Origin: Vulcanimicrobiaceae bacterium
GTDB taxonomy: Bacteria; Vulcanimicrobiota; Vulcanimicrobiia; Vulcanimicrobiales; Vulcanimicrobiaceae
Direction of reading: 5' to 3'
Length of the DNA stretch: 11,042 nt
Assembly (NCBI GenBank): GCA_046262595.1
Contig: JBHEMM010000005.1
Span: 66,495 to 77,536 of the forward strand
Positions 1-6,697 of the stretch are shown piece by piece. Below the pieces are notes generated by a model that worked only from the letters and a program-made list of their open reading frames with translations, made no database searches and was not told the DNA's origin. Position 1 is the stretch's first letter; every line of letters begins with the position of its first letter. A program made the translations under genes and the position numbers.

Positions 1-1
1 C

Positions 2-289
2 CTGGCGAACGACTCGATGCGCGCGGATTCCCGGGTGCAGGAAGTGGACCTCTGGGTGAGCGTGCCGCTCGATTTCGGCAAGGACATCGTCGTGAAGAGC
101 GATGTGAACACGCCGACGTGGAAAACGGTCTTTACGGTGGCGGTCGTGCGAGGCGAGGCGCGCAGCGCGCTCATTCGGCGGATAGCCGCGGGCCGCGGCG
201 TTTATTGGGACCCCGCGTGGGAGCATAGCGCGCTCACTCCACGGGGAGTTCGCGAGCAGCCTGTTAAAAAGAGCACTCGTGTACCGTAA
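2..289 (+). CDS. Hypothetical protein, C-terminal part (5' end probably outside the window)
   Basis: The frame is open from position 2 (LANDSMRADSRVQEVDLWVSVP...VYWDPAWEH...) to TAA at 287-289. Codon usage looks coding-like, and it overlaps the next start (GTG 279) by 11 nt. No family recognised. Confidence 0.6.
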   Translation: MANDSMRADSRVQEVDLWVSVPLDFGKDIVVKSDVNTPTWKTVFTVAVVRGEARSALIRRIAAGRGVYWDPAWEHSALTPRGVREQPVKKSTRVP

Positions 290-1535
290 AACGACGCTGC
301 CCAACGGTGTGCGGGTCATCACCGAATCGATGCCGGCCTTTCGTTCCGCCTCGCTCGGCATTTGGGCCGACGTCGGGTCGGCGTCCGAATCCGGCGAGCG
401 CCGCGGCATCTCGCACTTGGTCGAACACATGCTTTTCAAAGGCACCTCGCGGCGCACCGCGCGGCAGATTGCGGAAGAGATGGACGGCATCGGAGGCAAT
501 TTGAACGCCTTCACCGATAAAGAATCGACCTGTTATTACGCTAAAGTGATGGACCAGCATTTGCCTTTGGCCGTGGACGTCCTGAGCGATATGTTCTTGA
601 ACAGCACGTTCGATGAGAGCGAATTGAGCAAAGAGCAAAACGTCGTGCTCGAAGAAATCAAAATGTACGACGACTCTCCTGACGAGCTGATTCACGATCT
701 GTTCATTCAGACGATGTGGCAAGGCAGTAATTTGGGCGCGCCGACGATCGGTTTCGCAGAAACGGTCACCTCGATAACGCCCGGTGATTTGCGCGCACAT
801 ATGAAGCGCCACTACGCGCCGAATTCGGTCGTCGTCGCCGCGGCCGGCAATGTGGAGCACGAGGCCGTCGTCGAACTGATTGGCAAGGCGTTCGAGGGTT
901 TCAGCGGCAGTTGCGCGCTGCCCATCGCCGAATCCCCGCAAGCAACGCCGAACACGCTCTTCAGGCACAAAGACAGCGAACAGGCGTACGTGGTGCTCGG
1001 CACGCCCGGGCTCTCCGTGCGCGACGAACGCCGCTACGTGCTCTCGGTATTGGACACCATTTTAGGCGGCGGCATGTCGAGCCGGCTCTTTCAAGAGATT
1101 CGCGAGAAACGCGGGCTTGTCTACACCGTCTACTCGTTCCAGGCGGGATACCGCGAGGCGGGCTTGTTCGCCGTCTATGCGGGCACGTCGCCGCAGAAGG
1201 TGAGCGAATGCGTTTCGGTAATCGGCGATCAATTTGCGCTGCTGCGCGAGCACAACGTGAGCGATGCCGAGCTTCGCCTGGCAAAGGAGCACATCAAAGG
1301 CAGCTTGACGCTCTCGCTCGAGAGCACGTCGAGCCGCATGATCCGCCTGGGCCGCAGCGAGTTTTCGCTTGGGCGCGAGTTGACCACCGAAGAGATCGAA
1401 GCGAAAGTCGAAGCGGTCACGCCCCAAGAGATCCGCACGCTCGCGCAAGAAGTGCTGCGCGAAGATCGCTTAGGCTTGTGCGTGCTGGGCCCGGTTGATG
1501 AAGGTTCCGTAGACTGGAACCGTAGCGCTGCTTAG
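279..1535 (+). CDS. M16 family (M16B, pitrilysin/MPP-like) zinc metallopeptidase
   Basis: 418 aa with a typical N-terminus (TLPNGVRVITE). It has the inverted zinc motif HLVEH in GISHLVEHMLFKGT, NAFTDKE, a distal Glu in EQNVVLEEIKMY, and the C-domain motif GGGMSSRLFQEIREKRGLVY. Confidence 0.95.
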   Translation: MYRKTTLPNGVRVITESMPAFRSASLGIWADVGSASESGERRGISHLVEHMLFKGTSRRTARQIAEEMDGIGGNLNAFTDKESTCYYAKVMDQHLPLAVDVLSDMFLNSTFDESELSKEQNVVLEEIKMYDDSPDELIHDLFIQTMWQGSNLGAPTIGFAETVTSITPGDLRAHMKRHYAPNSVVVAAAGNVEHEAVVELIGKAFEGFSGSCALPIAESPQATPNTLFRHKDSEQAYVVLGTPGLSVRDERRYVLSVLDTILGGGMSSRLFQEIREKRGLVYTVYSFQAGYREAGLFAVYAGTSPQKVSECVSVIGDQFALLREHNVSDAELRLAKEHIKGSLTLSLESTSSRMIRLGRSEFSLGRELTTEEIEAKVEAVTPQEIRTLAQEVLREDRLGLCVLGPVDEGSVDWNRSAA

Positions 1536-2424
1536 CACGGGCGCGGCTGCGATCCCGTTTTGGACCTGGCAGCTGCTCGTCGCACTGGCAATCAACGTCG
1601 TCGTTCAGGCGATACAAATCGGCGCATACGCCGCGCGCCTGGCCGGCGTGCGTACCGGACGGATCGCGACCTCCATATCGCTCTTTAACCTCTTCGTCAC
1701 CGCGAGCCGCCTGGCGACGCTCGTTTACACGCTGATGCTCGGCCCGCTTTCCGACAAAGCCGGAAACGCGGTGAAAGCGCTCATTCTCGCACACCACGCG
1801 TCCGGATCGCCGCCGATCGTCCACATCCAGCACACGTTCGAATGGCAATTGCGTTTTATCATCGTCGCCGGAACACTCGGCACCGTTCTAGGCAGCCTCA
1901 TGCTTCCGATGTTTACCTACCTCTACGTGCGCGGCGTGCGCTCGTTCGAACGCACCAAGTCGTTGCCGCACTCGCTCGCGCGCTTGTTTTCTCCGCGCGT
2001 GACGTGGGACGTGCTGCGGCACGTGCGCGCCCCTCGCGTGAGCGAGTTGCGCGGATTCTCCACGCGCAACATTCCGCGCCGGCTGTTGATCTTCAACGTC
2101 ATCGTGACCGGAATCTACGCGATCGGCGTCGTTGCGGCGTATTACGCGAGCGTTCTGGACGTCAACGTCGCGCGCACGGCAATCGGCATCTCCGGCATCG
2201 TGAACGGCATCGGCACGGTCGCGTTTACGTTCTTCGTCGATCCGACGTCGTCGATTATCGTCGATGAAGCGGTAAAGGGCGAACGTGCGCACGGGGAAGT
2301 CAAGGCGATGGTCTTCTATCTTTCACTTACGGCAATTGCCGGCTGGCTGCTCTCGCAACTGCTGCTTTGGCCCGCCGCCTGGATCATTGCCGTCGTCGCG
2401 CATCTGGTGAATCATGGCAAATAA
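1528..2424 (+). CDS. amj: Amj family (DUF2837) alternate lipid II flippase
   Basis: Multi-pass membrane protein with Amj-like segments AYAARLAGVRTGRIATSISLFNLFVTASR, TGIYAIGVVAAYYA and ISGIVNGIGTVAFTFFVDP. The ORF track starts at GTG 1648, but the frame is open back to TAG 1510-1512 and encodes a first TM helix. The start is inferred as CTG 1528 and is uncertain. Confidence 0.85.
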   Translation: MLSTGAAAIPFWTWQLLVALAINVVVQAIQIGAYAARLAGVRTGRIATSISLFNLFVTASRLATLVYTLMLGPLSDKAGNAVKALILAHHASGSPPIVHIQHTFEWQLRFIIVAGTLGTVLGSLMLPMFTYLYVRGVRSFERTKSLPHSLARLFSPRVTWDVLRHVRAPRVSELRGFSTRNIPRRLLIFNVIVTGIYAIGVVAAYYASVLDVNVARTAIGISGIVNGIGTVAFTFFVDPTSSIIVDEAVKGERAHGEVKAMVFYLSLTAIAGWLLSQLLLWPAAWIIAVVAHLVNHGK

Positions 2425-3082
2425 GTACCGAGCAGCTCTTTTGGCTGCGGCGTTGCTTTTCCTGAGCGGCTGCGCGGGCAGCATCGAGCGCTGGATCGCC
2501 GACACGCGCGTGCACCAGGGCGATGTCGCGCTTTCCCACCGCAGCTTGCACGAAGCAGCGACGGCGTTCCGTCTGGCGCTGCGCGTCAACCCGCACGACC
2601 CGCGCGCGCGGTCGGGGTTTTCGCTAGCCTCTGCGGACATCGCCGAAGCGGATTACCGCAAAGGCGATTTTGACGAGGCGACGCTCACGTTAGGCGAAGC
2701 GCAGCAGTACGATCCGCAGGGCGTGCGCCTCCAGGCGCTGCGCACCCAGATCGACGACGCGCGCCTCAAGCGCGAAATCGTCATTTCGAACTACCCGACG
2801 TATGAAGCGGCCGGCCTGCAGTTGCAAGCTTCGTACGAAAGCCTGAACGGACAAACCAAGGCGATCCTGCGCGGCCTCAAGCGCTTCGGCTATACGTACG
2901 ACTCGCAAGCCCTCACGAAGGCGATTCAAAACTCGTACGAGCTTGAACAAGAAGTCGTCAAAAACACGAACCGGCTGATTGCGTACCGGCAACTCGTAGA
3001 GTCCGGAGCACCCGCAAGCGCCGCTCAGGCTGCCGCAGCCGCGGCCGGCACGGCCGGCGGGTCGCTCCTGCCGCTGCCCTGA
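2414..3082 (+). CDS. Predicted lipoprotein with tetratricopeptide-like repeats
   Basis: Signal peptide MANKYRAALLAAALLF followed by lipobox LSG-C (Cys20, 2471-2473). TPR-like helices EAATAFRLALRVNPHD and YRKGDFDEATLTLGEAQQYDPQ. Ala-rich C-terminal tail. Overlaps the amj stop by 11 nt. Confidence 0.8.
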   Translation: MANKYRAALLAAALLFLSGCAGSIERWIADTRVHQGDVALSHRSLHEAATAFRLALRVNPHDPRARSGFSLASADIAEADYRKGDFDEATLTLGEAQQYDPQGVRLQALRTQIDDARLKREIVISNYPTYEAAGLQLQASYESLNGQTKAILRGLKRFGYTYDSQALTKAIQNSYELEQEVVKNTNRLIAYRQLVESGAPASAAQAAAAAAGTAGGSLLPLP

Positions 3083-3093
3083 ACACGCGATGA

Positions 3094-3131
3094 CGCTGCG
3101 GCGATGCTCTGCGTCTGCTCGCGCCGCAGCG
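3094..3131. terminator. GC-rich inverted repeat between convergent genes; possible bidirectional terminator or RNA-stabilising hairpin
   Basis: CGCTGCGGCG (3094-3103) and CGCCGCAGCG (3122-3131) form a perfect 10 bp stem around an 18 nt loop, filling the 49 bp gap between the two convergent stop codons. No U-tract on either side. Confidence 0.45.
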
Positions 3132-4718
3132 CTACCCCTTGTTAAGCAGGCACTGCCCGTGCGCGTCCAGCCAGGCGCGCCCCATCCCTTCGGCCTCGGC
3201 GCTACGGAACGATCGCCATTGTGCGTCCGCGTGCCGGCCCGCTAGCCGCGGGTCGGTAACAAAAACCGGCCACTGCGCACCTTTTTCGAGCAGCGGAAAG
3301 CGCTGCATCCACGCGCACAGCTCCAGGTTGCGCGCGAAGCGGTTGCGTTCGATGTCGATGTAGTAGCGGGCGCCTTTGCGTATCGCGCTTTGCTCGTCGA
3401 ACGGCGTCCAAAGATACGGGTCCTCTTCCCAGCCGTAGCGCCCGATGTAATAGAGCACCGAAGGATCGTAGTGGCCCATGACCACCAGCGCGTTTTTGTC
3501 CAGCTGGGCATCCAGCATGACGGCGTTGCGGTATACGGTGCGGCTATACCGGTAGTACGGCGCGGCGATAGCAACGTTCTGACGCACCATCGCTGCCAGG
3601 ATCACAAGAACGATGCCGCACGCCGCGCAGCGCGCAAACCGGCCGGTCACGCGCGGCGCCGCCGCGTCGCGCAGACGCACGGCAAGGCCGCCCGCGGCAA
3701 TGGCCGCGAGCGGTAAAAAGACGTAGAGATAGTAGTCCACGCGTTCGACCGTCACCACGACGAACGCGTAGGCAAGCGCCCCGGCAAACCAGCTCCACAG
3801 CAGCGTGCGCGTGCGCGTCGCGAGCGGCATGAACACGAGGCCCGCCAGGGCGAGCCCGGCCGCAGCAGGGCCCGTCATCGTGTGAACGAGCATGTTGAGC
3901 ACCTGATGGAGTTGCGTGAACTTCACGTGCAGAGCCGCAGGACTTTCAAATGCAGCTGCCAGAGCGGGGACGACGTGCTTTGCCGTGATGCCGGAGGCCC
4001 AGTGCCATTCGGCGTGAGCGGCCACGAAACGATCGTACGCTAAAAGAACCGCCGCGGGAACAAGCAGGACCGCTGCGAGCATCGCGGCGTTTAGCGTGCG
4101 GCCGGCCCGCATGCGTTCCACGGCGAGCGCCGCAATTGGAATGTATGCGACGGCTGCGACCGGCTTTGCCAACAGCGCAAACAGCAGGAGCGTTCCGGCG
4201 CTTGCGGCGGCGCGCCAGGTCCACGCCTCGTCTTCAGCCAGCAAGCCGGTAAACGCATAGAGCGCCGCTGTGAGGAAAAAGACCATCGTGGTGTCCGGCG
4301 TAAACGTCCGGCCGTAATAGATGCTGCCGGGCATGACGGCATAAACGAACGCGGCGAAAATGCCGGCGGTGCCGCTTGCAAAAAGGCGCCGCGCAAACAA
4401 ACCGGCGAGGGCGACGGTACCCAGCGAAAACGCCAGCGAGATCAGCCGGCCGAACACCTCATGCACGCCGAAAACCTTATATCCGGTTGCGGCAAGAAAC
4501 GGCACGATCTGCAGCTCGAGCTCGACGTAGTTGGGCGGCGGGCCGTCGTAATTCGTCTGCGGATAAAAGATGTTGAACTGAAGCGTTGCGAAGTTGCGGG
4601 CGATCGAAGCGGTGTCCCCCTGGCGCCAGCCGGGATGATCGAGAAGCGGGCTATGCAAGCCTTTCAAGCGCAGAGCCAGGGCGAGCAGAAGCACTGCGCC
4701 TATCGCTAGGCGCCACAT
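3132..4718 (-). CDS. ArnT/GT39 (PMT_2-like) GT-C membrane glycosyltransferase
   Basis: From ATG 4718 (MWRLAIGAVLLLALALRL): a first-loop motif DHPGWRQGDTASIARNF, then GRLISLAFS, YYGRTFTPDT and LLAKP, many TM segments and a soluble C-terminal domain. The ATG overlaps the GtrA stop as TAATG. The track's extension to 5006 lies inside the GtrA gene and is rejected. Confidence 0.88.
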   Translation of the reverse strand: MWRLAIGAVLLLALALRLKGLHSPLLDHPGWRQGDTASIARNFATLQFNIFYPQTNYDGPPPNYVELELQIVPFLAATGYKVFGVHEVFGRLISLAFSLGTVALAGLFARRLFASGTAGIFAAFVYAVMPGSIYYGRTFTPDTTMVFFLTAALYAFTGLLAEDEAWTWRAAASAGTLLLFALLAKPVAAVAYIPIAALAVERMRAGRTLNAAMLAAVLLVPAAVLLAYDRFVAAHAEWHWASGITAKHVVPALAAAFESPAALHVKFTQLHQVLNMLVHTMTGPAAAGLALAGLVFMPLATRTRTLLWSWFAGALAYAFVVVTVERVDYYLYVFLPLAAIAAGGLAVRLRDAAAPRVTGRFARCAACGIVLVILAAMVRQNVAIAAPYYRYSRTVYRNAVMLDAQLDKNALVVMGHYDPSVLYYIGRYGWEEDPYLWTPFDEQSAIRKGARYYIDIERNRFARNLELCAWMQRFPLLEKGAQWPVFVTDPRLAGRHADAQWRSFRSAEAEGMGRAWLDAHGQCLLNKG

Positions 4719-5116
4719 TAAACCGCGTCTTTGAATGTCCAATATTTGTTCAAAAAAAAGTTTACGAAGATGCCTGCCGCGGTGGCCGCGGCCCACGTGT
4801 ACGAAAAATGATTGCCGAACGGGCGCCACCAGAATACGAGTTGGCCGACGCCCAGCGAAAGAGCCGACACCGTTAGGAACTGAAAGGCTTCGCGGCCCGC
4901 CTGCGCGCTCGAACGAAACGTCCACACGCGGTTGAGATACCAGTTCGAAACCGCGCCCGCCATGAATCCGATAGCAAAATCGCCGGACCATGGAAACTGC
5001 GGCCAATTTTTCTGCAACAGGTGCGAAGCCAAGAAGTTGACGACCAGGCCGGAGAAACCGACAACGCCGAACTTTGCGAACTGGCGCACGCCGCGCCGGC
5101 GCACGACGCTATGCAA
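4718..5116 (-). CDS. GtrA family protein (small flippase for polyprenyl-phosphate-sugar)
   Basis: About 132 aa with four TM segments and GtrA motifs RQFAKFGVVG, NWYLNRVWTF and NFFLNKYWTF. The start is inferred at TTG 5116, overlapping the upstream stop as TTGCATAG. Confidence 0.9.
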   Translation of the reverse strand: MHSVVRRRGVRQFAKFGVVGFSGLVVNFLASHLLQKNWPQFPWSGDFAIGFMAGAVSNWYLNRVWTFRSSAQAGREAFQFLTVSALSLGVGQLVFWWRPFGNHFSYTWAAATAAGIFVNFFLNKYWTFKDAV

Positions 5117-6647
5117 CCCAATACCAATCGGCGAACAGTACGGTAAACAATCCAAGCAGCGGGAGCGAGAGCGCGACGATGGCGTTGTTGAGCGTCGGGC
5201 GCGAACCCCAAAGGCCGAAGATCGCGAACATCGGGAAGAGCACGAGCGCAAAGCGCGGCATGCTCATCAAGCTCGACGTGCACAACGGCACGAGAATCGA
5301 AAGCGCCATGTACGCGATGTACGAGGGCCTCAACCGGCGCCAACCCGCGGCGAGCACGCCGATCATCAGGGCGGTGAACGTCAGCTCGAGAATCTGATTC
5401 GCCACCGTCTGGGGCATGCTCGAAAAGGCTATCTTGTGCACGCTGTTCCATACCGCCGTCCAGGGCGGCGCCAGGTGACGGTTCCAATTCGCCTGGACGT
5501 GCGAGAAATAGAGCGGGTCGCCGTTGATCACCCACAGGCAGGTCATATACACCGCCAAGCCCAGCGGCACGAACGCGACCGGCAGAAGGTGCGCGAGCGC
5601 GTCGCGCTTGCTGCCGCTCCCGCGCAGCGCCGCCCAATGCGCCGCGGTCCACTCGATGACGTAGGGCACGACGAGCAGCACGCCCTCGATGCGCGTAAGC
5701 GCAGCGAAAAAGCCGAAAAGGCCCGCGAACCACCAGCGGCGCTCGCGCATGTAGTAAAACGAGGCGACCGTGAGCATAAAGAACAGCGCTTCGGTATACA
5801 CCGCCGAAAAGAAGATCGCGGTCGGAAAAATGGAGATGTAGAAGATCGAACGCCGTGCGACGTGCCGGTCGAATTCGTGCTCGACCAGCTTGTACAGATA
5901 CAGCAGACCGAAGAAAAGCGCCACATTGGAGATGACCAGCCCAGCGACCAGGTGATTGCCGACGGCTTTGCCCAAGGCCGCGATCAGCAGCGGGTACAGC
6001 GGGAAGAACGCCATGTCGGTGCCGTGGTAGCCGATCGTCGCGATGTCAATATAGTGCACGGCGTCCCAGTGGCCCCATACTGCCAGGAGTAAATCGCGCG
6101 ACTCCTGCACGTGGACCCCCGCGCGTTGATTGATGATGACGGCGGCGAGCTCCGCGATAACGATGATCGCAAAGCGCGTGACGATGAAGTCCACCGTCAC
6201 GTCGCGCACCGTTGTGTTGAAGCGAACCGCGACGGCAAGCTTGAGCAGACAGAAGAGCGTGAAGCAGTACACCCAGAGCCGTCCGCCGCCGTGCGTAAAG
6301 GAGAGCGGAAGAACGTAGACGAGCCATAGCAGCAGAAACGGCAGCCATGAGAGGGCGTCGTGCTGCAGCGCACGCTCGTACAGTACACCGGTGCGGCGGG
6401 AAAAGTAGCGCGCGTAGGCCGTCCAGAGCGCGGCCGCCGCGATCGCAGCGGCGGGCAGGCCGCAGAGCAGCGCCGCTTGCGCGAGCGCGGGGCGGTGCAT
6501 CGGCACGATGAACGCATCCCAAAGGAAAAAACCGAGCGTTGCGCCTGCGGCGAGAACGCCCGCAAGCGAGCTCCAACCGGCAGCAAACACGGCGCCGGTG
6601 AGCGCGAACTGCGCGCGCGAAAAGCGGGATTGTTGAACAGCCGACAC
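5109..6647 (-). CDS. PIG-V/GT76-like (Mannosyl_trans2) GT-C mannosyltransferase family protein with N-terminal membrane extension
   Basis: 512 aa polytopic protein. It has HWDAVHYIDIATIGY...AFFPLYPLLI, FPTAIFFSAVYTEALF, ALTRIEG, GDPLYFSHVQANWNR and SMPRFALVLFP, which are characteristic of PIG-V-like transferases. Confidence 0.88.
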   Translation of the reverse strand: MSAVQQSRFSRAQFALTGAVFAAGWSSLAGVLAAGATLGFFLWDAFIVPMHRPALAQAALLCGLPAAAIAAAALWTAYARYFSRRTGVLYERALQHDALSWLPFLLLWLVYVLPLSFTHGGGRLWVYCFTLFCLLKLAVAVRFNTTVRDVTVDFIVTRFAIIVIAELAAVIINQRAGVHVQESRDLLLAVWGHWDAVHYIDIATIGYHGTDMAFFPLYPLLIAALGKAVGNHLVAGLVISNVALFFGLLYLYKLVEHEFDRHVARRSIFYISIFPTAIFFSAVYTEALFFMLTVASFYYMRERRWWFAGLFGFFAALTRIEGVLLVVPYVIEWTAAHWAALRGSGSKRDALAHLLPVAFVPLGLAVYMTCLWVINGDPLYFSHVQANWNRHLAPPWTAVWNSVHKIAFSSMPQTVANQILELTFTALMIGVLAAGWRRLRPSYIAYMALSILVPLCTSSLMSMPRFALVLFPMFAIFGLWGSRPTLNNAIVALSLPLLGLFTVLFADWYWVA

Positions 6648-6697
6648 GGGAGCTGAGAGTTAAAGGAATCGTTCCGCTTCCCTTGTAGCCCAAGAGT

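Noticed and set aside
264..968. 234 aa minus-strand ORF
   Set aside because: Antisense shadow of the M16 peptidase, as expected with high-GC codon bias.
4719..5006. N-terminal 96 aa extension of the 624 aa ORF in the track
   Set aside because: It lies in another frame inside the GtrA gene and does not look protein-like. ATG 4718 with a TAATG overlap is the better start.
5117..5251. N-terminal extension of the GtrA ORF (MRSCSSRCSRSS...)
   Set aside because: It is an off-frame reading of the mannosyltransferase 3' end. GtrA similarity starts after TTG 5116.
4932..6092. 386 aa plus-strand ORF
   Set aside because: Arg-rich antisense shadow of the mannosyltransferase and GtrA genes, with no motifs.
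6666..6694. Short inverted repeats in the divergent spacer (GGAA-N3-TTCC, CTTG-N5-CAAG) as operator sites
   Set aside because: 4 bp arms are expected by chance and match no regulator motif I can support.
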